This document shows positions 16,362 through 29,290 of a DNA stretch of 64,000 nucleotides, piece by piece. The notes under the pieces are model-generated. The model made no database searches, had not been told where the DNA came from, and saw only the letters and a program-made list of their open reading frames with translations. The position numbers were made by a program, and so were the translations under genes. Origin of the DNA: Tubulanus polymorphus (taxonomy: Eukaryota > Animalia > Nemertea); contig NC_134029.1 in the NCBI RefSeq assembly GCF_964204645.1, positions 1,178,001 to 1,242,000 on the forward strand, given 5' to 3'. The stretch's first letter is position 1. Each line of letters begins with the position of its first letter.

Positions 16362-19300
16362 ATGACTGACACTACTGACAGCAGTCAGTCAGAAATGGCG
16401 CAATCGTTTGAATACGTAGACAAATGTATTTCAGCATTGAATACTGTTAAAACTGATAATGATATGTTTGCGGCTCTATTTATGGTAAATATATTAAACT
16501 CAACCTCTTCTGCAAGTCTTGCAGAATTCGTCGGTTGTGGATTACTTCTCTAGACTAGTATGACTAGGGGTTCGGATCAGGTCCAGTTGTAGGCTCTGAC
16601 CTCATTATTAATTCAGTTTATCAATTTAAATCGATTTCCAAGTGAAACCTCTTTGTGAAATTGAATTTTTAGGTGACTAAGTTGACGAAATCCTCAGAAT
16701 GCGACGCAGCGACTCGACGTAGAATATTTGACGCTATTGGATTCAAGTTTATATCTCGACTATTAAAATCAGGTAGAATACAAAAAGTGCCTCCTCAGAA
16801 ATCACGGGTTGTTTGGTTTAAAAGGGGAATAAAACGATGGATTAAAATGGATTTTGAAATGATGTATTTACAGAGAAACTGCCGGAAGGTTGTAATAAAA
16901 ATGTCTTCCGTTCGATGGCTCTAATTTTGTTGTCTTGTTTCGCTACAGATGAAGAATTGGTAAATATCAGAGACAAATCTAATCACAACTCAGTTCTGCG
17001 TCCAGTTCCACAATTAATGGATACATTTGAAGTTAAAATATTTAGATTGAACTTATTTGAACAATTAAATGTCAGACTAAATTAAGAAATGCTGAACTGA
17101 GATTTAGAATCCCCAGTTCAAGGTTAAGTTTGACCGATAAACTGTCGATCTGTTCCTATATAAGGAGTATTAACTCATTAATCATACATTCATTTGTAGA
17201 GTGTTCATCCTCACATGTTATCACAGATTTCTGCTATCGGTGAAATACTTCTTACCGATTTAAGGTCAGTTTTATTTTACATCTTGCACTGAGAGAAATA
17301 AATCCTAAACGTAAATGTGCAGGGTCCAGTTCCACAGTTCTGAGTTAAGACTTAACTCAGAGTTAACTGATTGAAAATGAACTAACTTTAACTCAGAGTT
17401 TACTGTAACTCATGACTGTGGAACTGGGTCCAGGGTTACATCACAAAGACCATCTCAGTTCTATAGCCGGTCTAACAACTTGGATTTGACACGAGATTGA
17501 GTTAAATCATGACTGTCTGTGCTACTGGATCCTCTGATGATAATTCAAATGTTATTTCAGCGATTCTGAAGATGTTGAAACTGATAAACAGTTGATTTGT
17601 GATTGTTACGAATGTTTGACGGCGATCTCCAGACATTGGCAGGGTAGAATAGCGATGATTGAAAAACACACTCTTACTCAACTGTGTCAGGTTTATTTAA
17701 ATGATTGTTTCGGTAAGATTTCTAGTATTTTTCCTTTGTTTTGTAAAAATCCAAAAACGTATTTAGGGGCTCATAAAATTCACCAATCGGTAACACTCTT
17801 ATCCTCCATTACATCATTGCTTTTAAAACTTTAATTTGAGTCCGAATTGTTGAAAAAATCTTCCTCTTTGCATCTTTCCTAGAGGGACCTTTACTGAATC
17901 TTAATCACATTTTCAGCACCACTTTCGTGAAAATTGAACCCACACTCAGTCGGACCCATATTTCTACAATATCGTATGGTGTTTATTTTAGGAGTTGCTG
18001 ACGCTATGAAACTCATCTCGCGTTTAGTCGATCATGTTGATGAAATTCCCATCATGTGGCAGTTAAATAAAGAGATCTGTTTTCCGTTCGTTGGGAAACT
18101 AGCAGCGAATTTCAAACAAGAAAAGGTTTGAATATCAATGAGTTAATACCATCTTATTGAAGTTATGGAGATTTATTGATTTCAATGGATTGTAATTGAA
18201 TATTTTAGGGATTGATAAAGTTTCAAGTTTGTAATACCTTGTCCGGTGTGATCGCTTCTCTTCAAGCGGTAAGTTCTTTAAATAAGAAAATATTCAGTTC
18301 TAATTTTGATAATGATTCATCTGTTAAATTTTTCTATTTTCAGATGAAAGATAAGATTGAAACGGAACCGTGGAGCTCAGATATAAGACAGGGACTTCTG
18401 GATATCTTACAAAGTCGTATCGGTAATTAGAAATAAAACCAGTTTAGCACAAGATTTTCATGACAAGATTCGGTATTTATGTGGTATATAATTTCAGGTA
18501 ATGAGCAGCGAGAGCCCACGTTACAGCTGCTATCTGTGATGATACGCTGTTTAGGTGTTGAATGGATCAACGATAAAGATGTGAAACATTTCATTCTGTC
18601 GGTGAATTTAACTTGTATCGAAGTTCGAATGATTTTAGAGGATTTGAGTTTAGAGCAAGTAAGCGTAGTTTCGTTACTTATAAGAATTATCTTTTTTTCA
18701 AAGTTTGACGTGAATCATCAAATATATTTTTGAATTTTCTTCGATAGATTGCGGAGAAGCAGTCGACCCTGACTGCTTGTTACTCGATACTAGAAGATGT
18801 AATCACCTATCTGATCGGTGAGCCACCTATATGTGAGGATGAGAATCAGTTTCTACAGGTTTATTCAGTGATAAAGGAAGCGATGAGTGCAGTTATTTAT
18901 TACCTAAAACAAGTATCGACAACAGCTGAACAGAAACAGGTGATGATTTATCTAGTTTCACCTCAAACCTGCTACAGTTGATGCTGTCAGTTTCCACCAA
19001 TGCAAGCAGAGTCACTGTAATAATATCTTGAGCGTCACTAAGCGTTAGAGGGATGAAAATAATTATAAGACATTTTGTAAAACCCTAGTTGTATTCACAA
19101 CTGAGAAATCTATCTGATGAAAGAATGTTTATTTATAGATAGAATCGTACAGTAGATTAACGCAGGCCTCAATTCGCGTTCTCTGTTCGTGGTTAGCTGT
19201 AGAAACTAATGCTTTAAAAACCGATGTTTGTGATGTTTTACCGTTCATATTACATCAATCGTAAGTTCGTCTCTCGTCTTCCGTCACTTTTCTGATGATT

Positions 19301-21135
19301 TGAATTTTAAACGATATTTAAACCGTTATTTCCGTCTCGTTTCTAGCGATGAATCGTGTCGAAAATTGAGCGGTTTCCCCGGTAACGATGATGAAATTCG
19401 ACCAATCGTGGACGATGTTGATTTATTCCGATTCGTGGTTCCAATTTTGTGTCATTTAACGGCTGAAAATGAATCACGTCACATCATCATAGAACAGAAT
19501 GCACATCAGTTACTGGGGTTGTATTTTCTCTATCAATGGAAGCTGTTCTTGAAAAATCAGTCGGTAAATGCGACCCTCGCTCAGGAATCTGAGGTCAGTT
19601 ATAACTTGCAAGACCCTTATTTCTAAGTAGTGAATATTTCTAAAGTTTTCTATGTTGTTTTGATTTCAGGGGGTATTGATTTGTATTTGTGGTATATTTA
19701 TGAATTTTGCCGTGTTGGAACCACAGCTTGTCGCTACTGATAGTGTATTTGATGAGATGTTAAAGTTTATCCTCGCAAACTTCTCCAATTTAGGTAAGTA
19801 ATTGATTACCGTTTCCCGTATGCTACAGGACCTCGAGTTCTTGATCAAACCCCCTGTTTCACTCCTGGCAGTTGTGGTGGGTTTGAGGTTAAAGTTAGTT
19901 CATGTCCAATTTGTTAACTGAATTGAGTCAAAGTGTTGTGGAATTTGTAGATGATTGTGTTCTATTTGTAGCTGGTAATACTGATCTGATGGTGCTCACA
20001 TGCAACGCTCTTGTTCTTGGTCTAATGTTTCTACGGATTCAACAGCAGCAGACGTTACAACAATCGGGACTCGATTCCGTAAATGCGTTCTTCACCGCAG
20101 CGATTTCATTCCTGAAAAATATTCATCATTTCACCGATAAAGGAATTGAATTAGTAGATACATTTACAACTTACTGGTTTGAAATAGGAGTCTCTGGATT
20201 GTACTACATCGCTGTACAAGGTAAGAGAAACATTCGGAAATCATTTAACCAGTTATAGAACCGTTGCGATCATTAGCGGAGCTGCTAACTGTTCCTGATT
20301 TACAGTATTTTACTTTTTTAAAACAAGAAATACTGATTAGGTTTGTTTGATGCATACAGAAATATGAAAGATGTTACGGATGGTCTTACCGTTGATTACT
20401 GATTAATTTGAACATTTCCTTTCATATTTCAATGAAATGTTACTGCAAAAAATTCAGTTCGTTACTGATAGCACTTTTCAGAGGTTGGCAGCCCTGATCA
20501 TTAGCCAAGGACTAAATTTAGATATTAGGTAGAGAGGGTTTGTTGAATGAACGTTTTCACTTGAAATGATATCAACTCATCAGGTGGAATACATGTACTG
20601 ATATGCAATGAAGTGTGTATTTTTTTCCAATTTTAGAGTTGTGTCAAATGATGGAATCACAGAAGTTCAATAGATTGGTTGATATTGTTTATCAGTCAAA
20701 CTGGCCTCGACAAATAATCACGATGCTTTCTAAAGCTAAAGGTTTGAATTGTTATTTTATCTCATAGTTGAATTGCAAAAGAGAACCCCTTTCAATGATT
20801 ATAAATTTTAGAAATGGGATTTTGTTTTTCAGACCAAGCAATTTCAGTTGAAAAGGATCAGTTGTCATTGTATGAATCGATACTTAGCACGTGTTTACCC
20901 CTGTGCAGTGACCTACAGAAATCAAACGATCAAATATCAACAATAGCCAAGTAAGAATTCAAATTTCATCAATTATCTCTCTTGGTCTTCCCTCCCTCTC
21001 CCCCTCCACTTGTGATAATGAATAATGTATTTTCTTGGTTATAGGATCTCCATCTCTCACCCAAATGTCTCTACTCCTCTCACTCTTTATTTCAGCTCTT
21101 TCGAAATGATGAAGCTATCAGCTGCCTTGCGGTGA
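16362..21135 (+). CDS. NCDN: Neurochondrin
   Basis: 17 exons: 16362-16484, 16673-16772, 16874-16959, 17200-17264, 17561-17712, 17992-18125, 18209-18268, 18344-18422, 18498-18658, 18748-18939, 19139-19260, 19347-19593, 19670-19793, 19972-20220, 20637-20741, 20833-20950, and 21096 (or in-frame 21045)-21135. Motifs KTDNDMFAALFMVTK, RRRIFDAIGFKFISRLL, LTCIEVRMILE, ASIRVLCSWLAVETNALKTDVCDVLPF and LFRFVVPILCHLTAE match the neurochondrin family. Confidence 0.92.
17322..17432. mobile_element. MITE family B (TIR ~GGG(C/T)CCAGTT(C/G)CACAGT), representative copy
   Basis: gggtccagttccacagtt ... gactgtggaactgggtcc. Related copies or fragments lie near 810-945, 2010-2205, 4917-5275, 6180-6370, 13458-13552, 21832-21972 and 39532-39605. 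Confidence 0.75.
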
Positions 21136-22017
21136 TTTAGGAAGCTAAACAAAGTTGCAGATGTATTCGGTGATAATTCAAGCAAACTGAAGCCTGTGGG
21201 GTTTGAAGATACAGAACCATGATTTATAGATACAGGAATGGATCTAATTTGCTCGCATTGTGAATAAGGCATTTATAGTTGAATCTGATGCAGGTCTCTT
21301 GATAGAACAACTTCAATGAAAAGGAAAACATTGTCAGATTTTTCTTATAAACCCCGAATTTATTTTCTATACATTTTGTTGCAACGCAATGATTAAACAT
21401 ACAATGAAAATAATAATAATAACAGTTCTAATAATTATAATAATACATTTCTTGTAAAATAAATCAATGAATCTATTCGCTACATTTTCTTGGAAGAATT
21501 AACTCAGATCTCGCTCTAACGACGACTACATTTTAACCATTTATCCGATATTTCTACCCAAACTCAACTTAATGACATAATGAGGCCTCATTCTAAATTA
21601 AAACACATGTACAAAAACATTGAATTGAGATTCATTAAATTGTGCTCGATGTATTTATTAGAGGAACAGGAGTTACGCAGGAACAGGAGTTGAGGAGGAA
21701 CAGAAGTTACGCAGGAACAGATTTGTGATGATTTTCACCTCAACATGTACACTGAGTTAGGCTTTAAAAAGTACATAATGAGAAGTGAATCAGCTGGATG
21801 CCCAGGGAATGCCCAGATCTGTAAGAACCCTGGGGCCAGTTGAACAGTCGTGACTTAAGTCCAAAAGTGGTCTTAAATCTTAAGACTGGTCTTTAAGTTG
21901 TTAGATTGGCTATAGAACTATGTTGATCTTAGACGTGTCTTAAGTCTAAGCCATGACTATGCAACTGGCCCCTGGATAACTTGTTCTATCTATAATTGAC
22001 TTTCACATAAGACTGTT

Positions 22018-25000
22018 TTACTGTGAAAGTGAAAGGTCAACAGCGTCCGGATCACTGCTATTATTCGTCCCCGCCGGTTCTGACGGACCCGGTTGAGGGT
22101 CTTCCGCGGAACGGTCTATAAGCAGCGTTACTAAATCAGAATCAGTCACTTGCGACTCATCGGATCGTGAACTAGTTGATCTAAACTCCGTTCTATTATC
22201 ATCGGATTGTGAACGGCTACTGCTGCCACCGCGATTAGATGGAGACTTTTTCGAAGATTTCTTCTGAATTTTGTCACAAGATGAATGTTTTTTTCTGATA
22301 ACGATCGGGTTTAATGTTTCTGTATCGAGTTCGTCTGATATTAATTCATCCTCTTTATTCGGGCTGTAGTATAGAATATTAACACTGATGTGAAGTGGTA
22401 ATGAAACGCTACGATCTACAGACATAATCACTGACTCCTGAAATAATACAACACACCACTTCATTATCTCCTTTATACCGATCAACTCCGTTCTAGTTTT
22501 AGGTGAATTGCACTAAAATTCATTTAGGAAAAATCACAATTTTCTCTGATTCTCAAATTGATATAATACATAGTCTGCTTGTCTTTGATCTACAGTAGAC
22601 TGCACGCGCTTGACTGATCTACAGTAGACTGCACGCGCTTGACTCTGGTCTACAGTAGACTGACTGCGCTTGACTCTGGTCTACAGTGGACTGCACGCGC
22701 TTGACTCTGGTCTACAGTAGACTGACTGTGCTTGACTCTGGTCTACAGTAGACTGCACGCACTTGACTCTGGTCTACAGTAGACTGCACGCGCTTGTCTC
22801 TGGTCTACAGTAGACTGCACGCGCTTGACTCTGGTCTACAGTAGACTGACTGTGCTTGACTATGGTCTACAGCAGACTGCACGCGCTTGACTCTGGTCTA
22901 CAGTAGACTGCACGCGCTTGTCTCTGGTCTACAGTAGACTGCACGCGCTTGACTCTGGTCTACAGTAGACTGCACGCGCTTGACTCTGGTCTACAGTAGA
23001 CTGACTGTGCTTGACACTGACCTACAGTGGACTGACTGTGCGGGACCAATTATTTTTTTCAGAGACAATATGTGAATTCCGGAGTGTCATCGCATTAATT
23101 GGAGTAGGAAAATTTCAAAGACTTCAGTCACATGGGACTCTGTGGCTTCTAAGTACTGAGTCCGATGCTGTATTGCGGTTGATATATAAATACTAATTAT
23201 TGAATCATTAATTACCTCATCTTTATTTAACGATAGTCTCGTTATTGAACTGGATTTAATGAAAGTCGTCTGCCCGACTGCGTTTAACGAGGCGACCGTA
23301 ACCCGAAACATTAAATCACGTTTTTGATTGAGACTGACAGAATTCGGACACATTTGACTGTATGTATTCCTCTTAAATACTATCAACCTACAATCAATTA
23401 GAAATACAATTTCAACAGAAGGGCGATTAGTACATCGAATAAAGAACAGTATACAGAGATGATTCACCAGGTGACTAGTACTTCAACACTGACTATAGTC
23501 CTATGATAGAACAGAGATGATTTACCTGTTTGAGTATGTGACTAATAAATCTATTCCATAATTATAACCAGTCCAACGCCAGCAATACTGAAAATAGACA
23601 CATTAAATCTGTTCACTTCTATGAATCTAGGCAAGGAATCTGCTGATTCTATTCTATGAATCTAGGAGAGGCACATCTACTGATTTTGTTTGTATGAATC
23701 TAAAAGAATCTGTTCAGTTCTATGAACAATCTAGGACAGGAATCTGCTGATTCTATTCTGGGAATCTAAAAGAATATGAAATTTGAGTATTCACACATGT
23801 CCTTACCTCTCCTTCCTTACTGAGCACACGGCCGCAGCGTAACGCCAGTTTATAGAATTGATGCTCAGTCACTTCTTCCGTTGGTCTACAATAGATGATG
23901 ATGATGAATTTAGAGTAATTAATAGTTCAATTGTCGTGATACCGGTAAATCAGATCATACCCTTTATCAATTCCTTGTTCCACTGATAACATATGTTTCC
24001 ACTGTCGTCTATAAAGGGGTAGCAGCCATTGTTTAGGAATCAGATTTTCTTCTTCCAGTAAATTAGCTGACATCATATCATTGATGACGTGTTGATAACG
24101 AATGCCTCGGAACGCCGCCAGTAAATTCTTCGAAGAGTTTCTCAATAATTCTTCTAAAAAACGATGGGATTTTATTTGTGAGTTTATAGATATTACACGG
24201 TCCAGATACAAAGTTTCCAAAGTTGAATAGAAATTTGAGTCTAGATTTAAAACATCGGAAATGAACTACAGTCAACCCCGGATATACGGCCCTGGTCCAT
24301 ATCGGTGCAGAACAATTTTGGCGGTACAGAGAGTGTGGCGGTAAATCAGGGGTGTTTTACTGTCTTTGTATAGAGATGTACATTGAGAAATCCTGGCAGT
24401 AGGCGGGGGTGACGGTAAATGGGAGGGTTGACTGTAAATTAAACCCTCGGCTCAAATTCTAATGTATGAACTGTGAATGATAAAAAAACTTACTGTTGTG
24501 TTTATCTTTAAAGAAGTCATCAGCTGCGCTTCCTAAATGTTTTGAAACTCCCGGCCAATCGGAAACCAGTTGAAGAAATGACCACTAAACGTAAAATTTA
24601 AAATCATACAATTTCAGATTTAATCTTGATTCAGTTTTTTTTTAAAGAATTTTTCTATATTATTTTAACGGATATAAATCAATACCTTTTTCAACATGGT
24701 ATAAATATCCATCTCGACGTGCATTACAAATAGATCGGGGGATGAAATCAAATCAGTCATTAACTCGGGGCTTTAAAAAATAGAATTCATACAAATATTA
24801 ATCAGACATTACCGACAAACGATTAATTCAGTTCTATAGACTGGTAATATGTTCTCAGGAGTTAACTCACTGGTAGAGTTATCATTGATAGGGTTCGTTC
24901 ATGTACATTTTGAAAATAGTAAAATGAACTGCTGCTTTACCAACCTCCTCCCCCTCTCCCACTCATTGCGCCATCTAGTGGAATACACCATCTATCCAGC

Positions 25001-26891
25001 AGTAATTACCTGATTTCACGCAGTAAACTCGCACTTTGTGTCGTCATCAAATTCATTTCTAACCAATCTATACATTTTTTCGTGATATTTTGACATCCAT
25101 AAACCAATGATGCGTCATAATAGCTGCAAACAGTCTTAGCGCTGAAAATCAAACAGTTGTTTATAGCAGGTTTTATCAGTGTTTTTAAAGACCTTCTATG
25201 GCAACAGTTAATAGATCAGTTTGAGTTACCTGATAGTTTCTCTCATTGTATCTGCGCATTGTTGTATTAATCCATCCTTAAACAACACATTGAAAATATC
25301 AATTTACCTCGGTGATTCCTCCCAAAGTCAGACAATCTGCTGTCTGTACCCTGCACCCTTTCAGACAGTCTACTGTCTGTACCCTGCACCCCCTCAGACA
25401 GTCTACTGTCTGTACCCTGCACCCCCTCAGACAGTCTACTGTCTGTACCCTGCACCCTTTCAGACAATCTGCTGTCTGTACCCTGCACCCCCTCAGACAG
25501 TCTACTGTCTGTACCCAGCACCCCTCAGACAGTCTACTGTCTGTACCCTGCACCCCCTCAGACAGTCTACTGTCTGTACCCAGCACCCCTTCAGACAGTC
25601 TACTGTCTGAACCCTGCACCCCTTCAGACAGTCTACTGTCTGAACCCTGCACCCCTTCAGACAATCTGCTGTCTGAACCCTGCAACCTTTCAGCTTGGCA
25701 GACGGCTTACAGGCAGCAGATTGACTGTTACTGAGTTGGATGGGGTTAAGTAGAATGAACTGACTCTCATAAGAATTGCAGACCTACCAATTGCAATAAA
25801 GTGGCTGCAGCTAGAATTCTGTGAACTCTTGAAGGTCGTATTAATACATCATCTCTGTAGAGAGAGCCGAATGCAACATGAAGGGCTACAATAAAACACC
25901 GATATAAACGGTTTAACAGAGGGCGCTTTAGACTCGAGGGAGGGGAAGAGGGGTGTTATATATCTTACCATTTTCATCTATATTAGGATCTGGAATTTCA
26001 CTCATATCGATAACAGTTTGATTTGATTCTTTCCATGAACCGCTAAACATACACGCAAAATATCCCGACTAAAAACAGAAAAACACCTGTAACACTAATA
26101 ACCGGTATATGGACTCTAATCCTGATCAAGCGAGATTTCATACCTGACACAAATAAACTTTATGTAGTTTCCACTCATGATTGAAAGCGATAACTGTGAT
26201 GTCACTGTTCTCTCCATTGACAAACAATGTCTCATAAATATACTTCGATGTTGTCTTCAACTTTTTCCTAGAGGAAAGAAAAAATGTACCATGAAATGTC
26301 AAAAATTGGGTTAGCCATTGGGTGGGCCACGAGCTCAGCGTAAATAGTCTGTCAACTGAGTATGAGGTGGTCCATGGTCCCAGCACTGGGCAGGGGCAGG
26401 GTTAGTCAGTCTGTGGTTTAGTTTCACAATCGGATATTTTCACAAACCACATGTATTGGTATAAGCCACACTGATTATAAAAAGCTTACCACCAACGATT
26501 GAACCAGGGCAGGGAACTGGAGGTGCAGCAGTTGAGTTGAGTAGCTTAGCCATCGTTCCCTGGAACCCATAAACAACGAATGGTGTTCTGACTACAGCGG
26601 CAGCTGTTGTAAGGGGGGGACAGAATATGTCATCAAAGGGGACAAGAATAACTTGAAGCCCGTGGAATGAAACATGATGAAAGCGAAACTGAAACTGGAC
26701 TGGATGTTGTTGTTAAGTTGTTGTCACCTTTTAGGAGTATGTAAATCAATATTTAAATACGTTTCCTCCTCTCCAGCATCTTTTGATCCAGTCTCTTCAT
26801 CTTCCTCTGACGACGATGAATCTTGTTCTGATCTCTTTCTTTTCACTGATTTTCTCGAAGGTTTTTCCGGTGAACTCAAATAAGTTCCCAT
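22018..26891 (-). CDS. GMCL1: Germ cell-less protein-like 1 (BTB-BACK Cul3 adaptor)
   Basis: Approximate exons (minus): 26891-26728, 26267-26144, 26068-25969, 25885-25788, 25276-25230, 25141-25010, ~24770-24685, ~24584-24494, ~24227-23946, ~23886-23807, ~23588-23525, ~23387-23215, 22437-22018. It starts MGTYLS (myristoylation-type MGxxxS) with a basic KRKR NLS. Further motifs: TPKRKKLKTTSKYIYETLFVNGENSDITVIAFNHEWKLHKVYLCQSGYFACMFSGSWKES, ALRCGRVL, YCWRWTGYNYGIDL and LPLHISVNILYYSP. Confidence 0.94.
22575..23040. repeat. 31-bp minisatellite with an internal palindrome (GMCL1 last intron)
   Basis: (ctctggtctacagtagactgcacgcgcttga)n, about 15 copies; each unit carries a gtcta-cag-tagac mini stem. 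Confidence 0.9.
24269..24434. mobile_element. Tc1/mariner (pogo/Tigger-like) MITE
   Basis: TA|cagtcaacccc ... gagggttgactg|TA: TIRs with a TA target-site duplication. Confidence 0.75.
25328..25690. repeat. 30-bp minisatellite (GMCL1 intron)
   Basis: (tcagacagtctactgtctgtaccctgcacccc)n-type unit, about 12 copies; explains the repetitive ORFs in four frames. Confidence 0.9.
26405..26500. repeat. Dispersed repeat; inverted copy at ~30145-30225
   Basis: tctgtggtttagtttcacaatcggatattttcacaaaccac...ttataaaaagcttaccaccaacgatt is the reverse complement of aatcgttggtggtaagctttttataa...gtggtttgtgaaaatatccgatcgtgaaactaaaccacaga. Confidence 0.75.
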
Positions 26892-27344
26892 TTTCTCTAC
26901 CGGCGTGAAGTGAGCACTGTGGATTCGGTAGCGGTATCACTCGATTCAAATTTATTATAAATTTTTTAGAGGTTTTTAATGTGTATTTTTTGCACTGTTA
27001 TTGAATAAAAAGATATTTTACGTTAAAATAAAATTATGAATATACAACTTATTTCATCAAATTCATTTGTAGTTGTTATTGTACGGACACGGAACCGGAC
27101 TCGGCGGTAACGTACACGGTTGTCCATCTTCACCCGTCAAGGGATTCGGCTAACCTGGTGGAAGCGAGTTCGGGAGTGATACCGGACCCCTGGCAAGCGA
27201 GGATGTAATAGACTGAGCGCCTAGACTGGTTGCCTGTTGATGCTATGATGAACTTGTATCCGGATGACATCCGGATGATCGCGTGATCGATGAAAGAGTG
27301 TAATTGGAGACATCCGGACGCGTCCGGATTGAATAGAGTCCGCG

Positions 27345-27625
27345 TCTCAGAGAGTGCTCCCCTGATGCTGAATAGAGGATGTACAGGGGTGTCCCGGGTT
27401 CGAATCCAGTAATTACTGATACTGGTTCAGAGTGGTCCTGAGATGCTGGAACAGGGGTGTCCCGGGTTTGAACCCGGCCGGGTACTGTCCGAGAGGATGT
27501 ACAGGGGTGTCCCGGGTACGAACCCAATAATTACTGAAAGTGGTTCACGAATGGCCCTGATGCTGAATAGAGGATGTACTCTGGGGTGTCCCGGGTTCGA
27601 ACCGTGTAAATACCGGTTCGAAACC
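27345..27625 (+). repeat. ~75-bp tandem repeat with Pol III B-box motifs (left array)
   Basis: gatgctgaatagaggatgtacaggggtgtcccGGGTTCGAATCCagtaattactgatactggttcagagtggtcct, about 4 degenerate copies. Confidence 0.8.
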
Positions 27626-27636
27626 ATACATATTTT

Positions 27637-27772
27637 AACCGTCAAGTGCTGCCCCTATACATATCGTTGACGGTGAATATATGAACTAACTTATTACTCG
27701 CGCGCCGCAGTAGGAATCAGTTAATTCACAAATTTACCGTTTATTATACACATAGGGGCAGCACCCAACAAT
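27637..27772. mobile_element. MITE family A, copy 2
   Basis: aaccgtcaagtgctgcccctata ... ataggggcagcaccc. Confidence 0.7.
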
Positions 27773-28107
27773 AAATGACCGACTGTATGTACTGAATAAG
27801 AATCGAATAGATTCGTAATTAAGAGTGAGAGCCATCACAGGTTTCACTCACTCACACTACTGATCACATTTTGGGGCTGCTCTTATTGGCGTTTCAAATT
27901 ATACCCTCTGAAATTACATCCATCATCCGAAATATTTCTGTAGGTTTTAAACATGGGTCAGTGGTGCTGTAATCTTTTTCCTAAATTCATGATCCACTAA
28001 AATTATTTCATCTTCAAATCAATATCACCGAGTAGGCCACCCCTCATCACAATCTGAAATATTAAAAAAAGAAACAGACTTGGGGCAAATTACCAAAAGC
28101 GTATGTT

Positions 28108-28175
28108 CGCTATGGCAGGACTCGAAACTATGGTCTCCAGTTTACCAGGCGGGAACTCTAACCACTAGACCATAG
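28108..28175 (-). mobile_element. tRNA-derived SINE head / tRNA pseudogene
   Basis: Minus strand carries an A-box TGGTCTAGTGG and a B-box GTTTCGAGTCC at tRNA spacing, but the cloverleaf stems pair poorly. Confidence 0.55.
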
Positions 28176-28444
28176 ATCTGTGGTAATCACTCGTGTGTGT
28201 AAGTTTGTCTCGTATGTGATTTTGTATGTGTTCATTTTGCTTAAAATCGATTTTCAGAATGCATCTTAAACAGTTTGTCAAACAGATTAAGTTAAACAGA
28301 TAACTGGGGTAAACTGAGGAAACATCAGTGTGAATAATAATTGAATTTGCGTGCATTCGAACCAAATGGAATTTTTTGTGGCGTTGATCAGGTTCGAATC
28401 CCATCAGATAATTATTTCTTAAACTTGGCGGTAATATTGGTACT

Positions 28445-28532
28445 TTTCATTGGTCAGTCTCAGTGACGTCACACTGTCAGTATAAAAACTCAGGTCAGCT
28501 GATCCCTCTTTCCAGTTCGGCCATTTTCACAG
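28445..28532 (+). promoter_or_regulatory. TATA promoter and non-coding first exon of the orphan gene
   Basis: Reverse CCAAT (attgg 28449), full CRE TGACGTCA (28464-28471), TATAAAA (28481), Inr-like CCAGTT ~33 nt downstream, then the strong donor CAG|GTAAGC at 28532/28533. Confidence 0.65.
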
Positions 28533-29290
28533 GTAAGCAAACGTCATCCATTTCATTTATTTATTTCGATCAAATTTATTTATTCTATTTATCTTACTTG
28601 TAAATTTTATACATAGACCTTAGGTTTCGCATACGAGACAATTTCCAAAGTTCCGAAAGTTCGGATTATATTATATAGGTGTTTAATTATGACATTTCCA
28701 TCGTGACGTTCATTTTGCTCAAAATTGTCCAAATTGTGTTTTAAATATTTAGAAGTAAATTACAACATTTGATTTTCAATTTCGCTCTCGTAATAATGAA
28801 GACGTTATTGTGATTTTATTGAGGAAATGGAAATTTATCAAATTTATTTATGAAATTTTCGGAAGCTGTTTTTCTGGTGTTCAAATCGACGCGCTAAAGC
28901 GGCTAGTTGACATGCCTAGGTGTAATACACAGACAGCTCAGTCTATTCAACCGTAACTCGAATCCATAGAAACCTTTCATTCGAAGCGTCGTTCAACTTA
29001 ATGCTGGTGGCTTCTATATTTAATATTTAGAAAATAATGATGCCTAATAATTTAATGTTAATTATTATTATTATTTAATATAAACTCGAGTTAACTATTT
29101 CTTAGAATCAATAATTTTCGATTTTCTTGATTTTTATAACATTATTGTTTTTACATTGCAGTAACAGCAGCAGCAGCAGCAGCATCAGCGACAACAGTAC
29201 GCGGCGATATACATTGATACCAACAAGACTATACGACTTCAACTTCAACTTAAACATCAAACGACTTCAACTTCTACCTCTCCTTTGACC

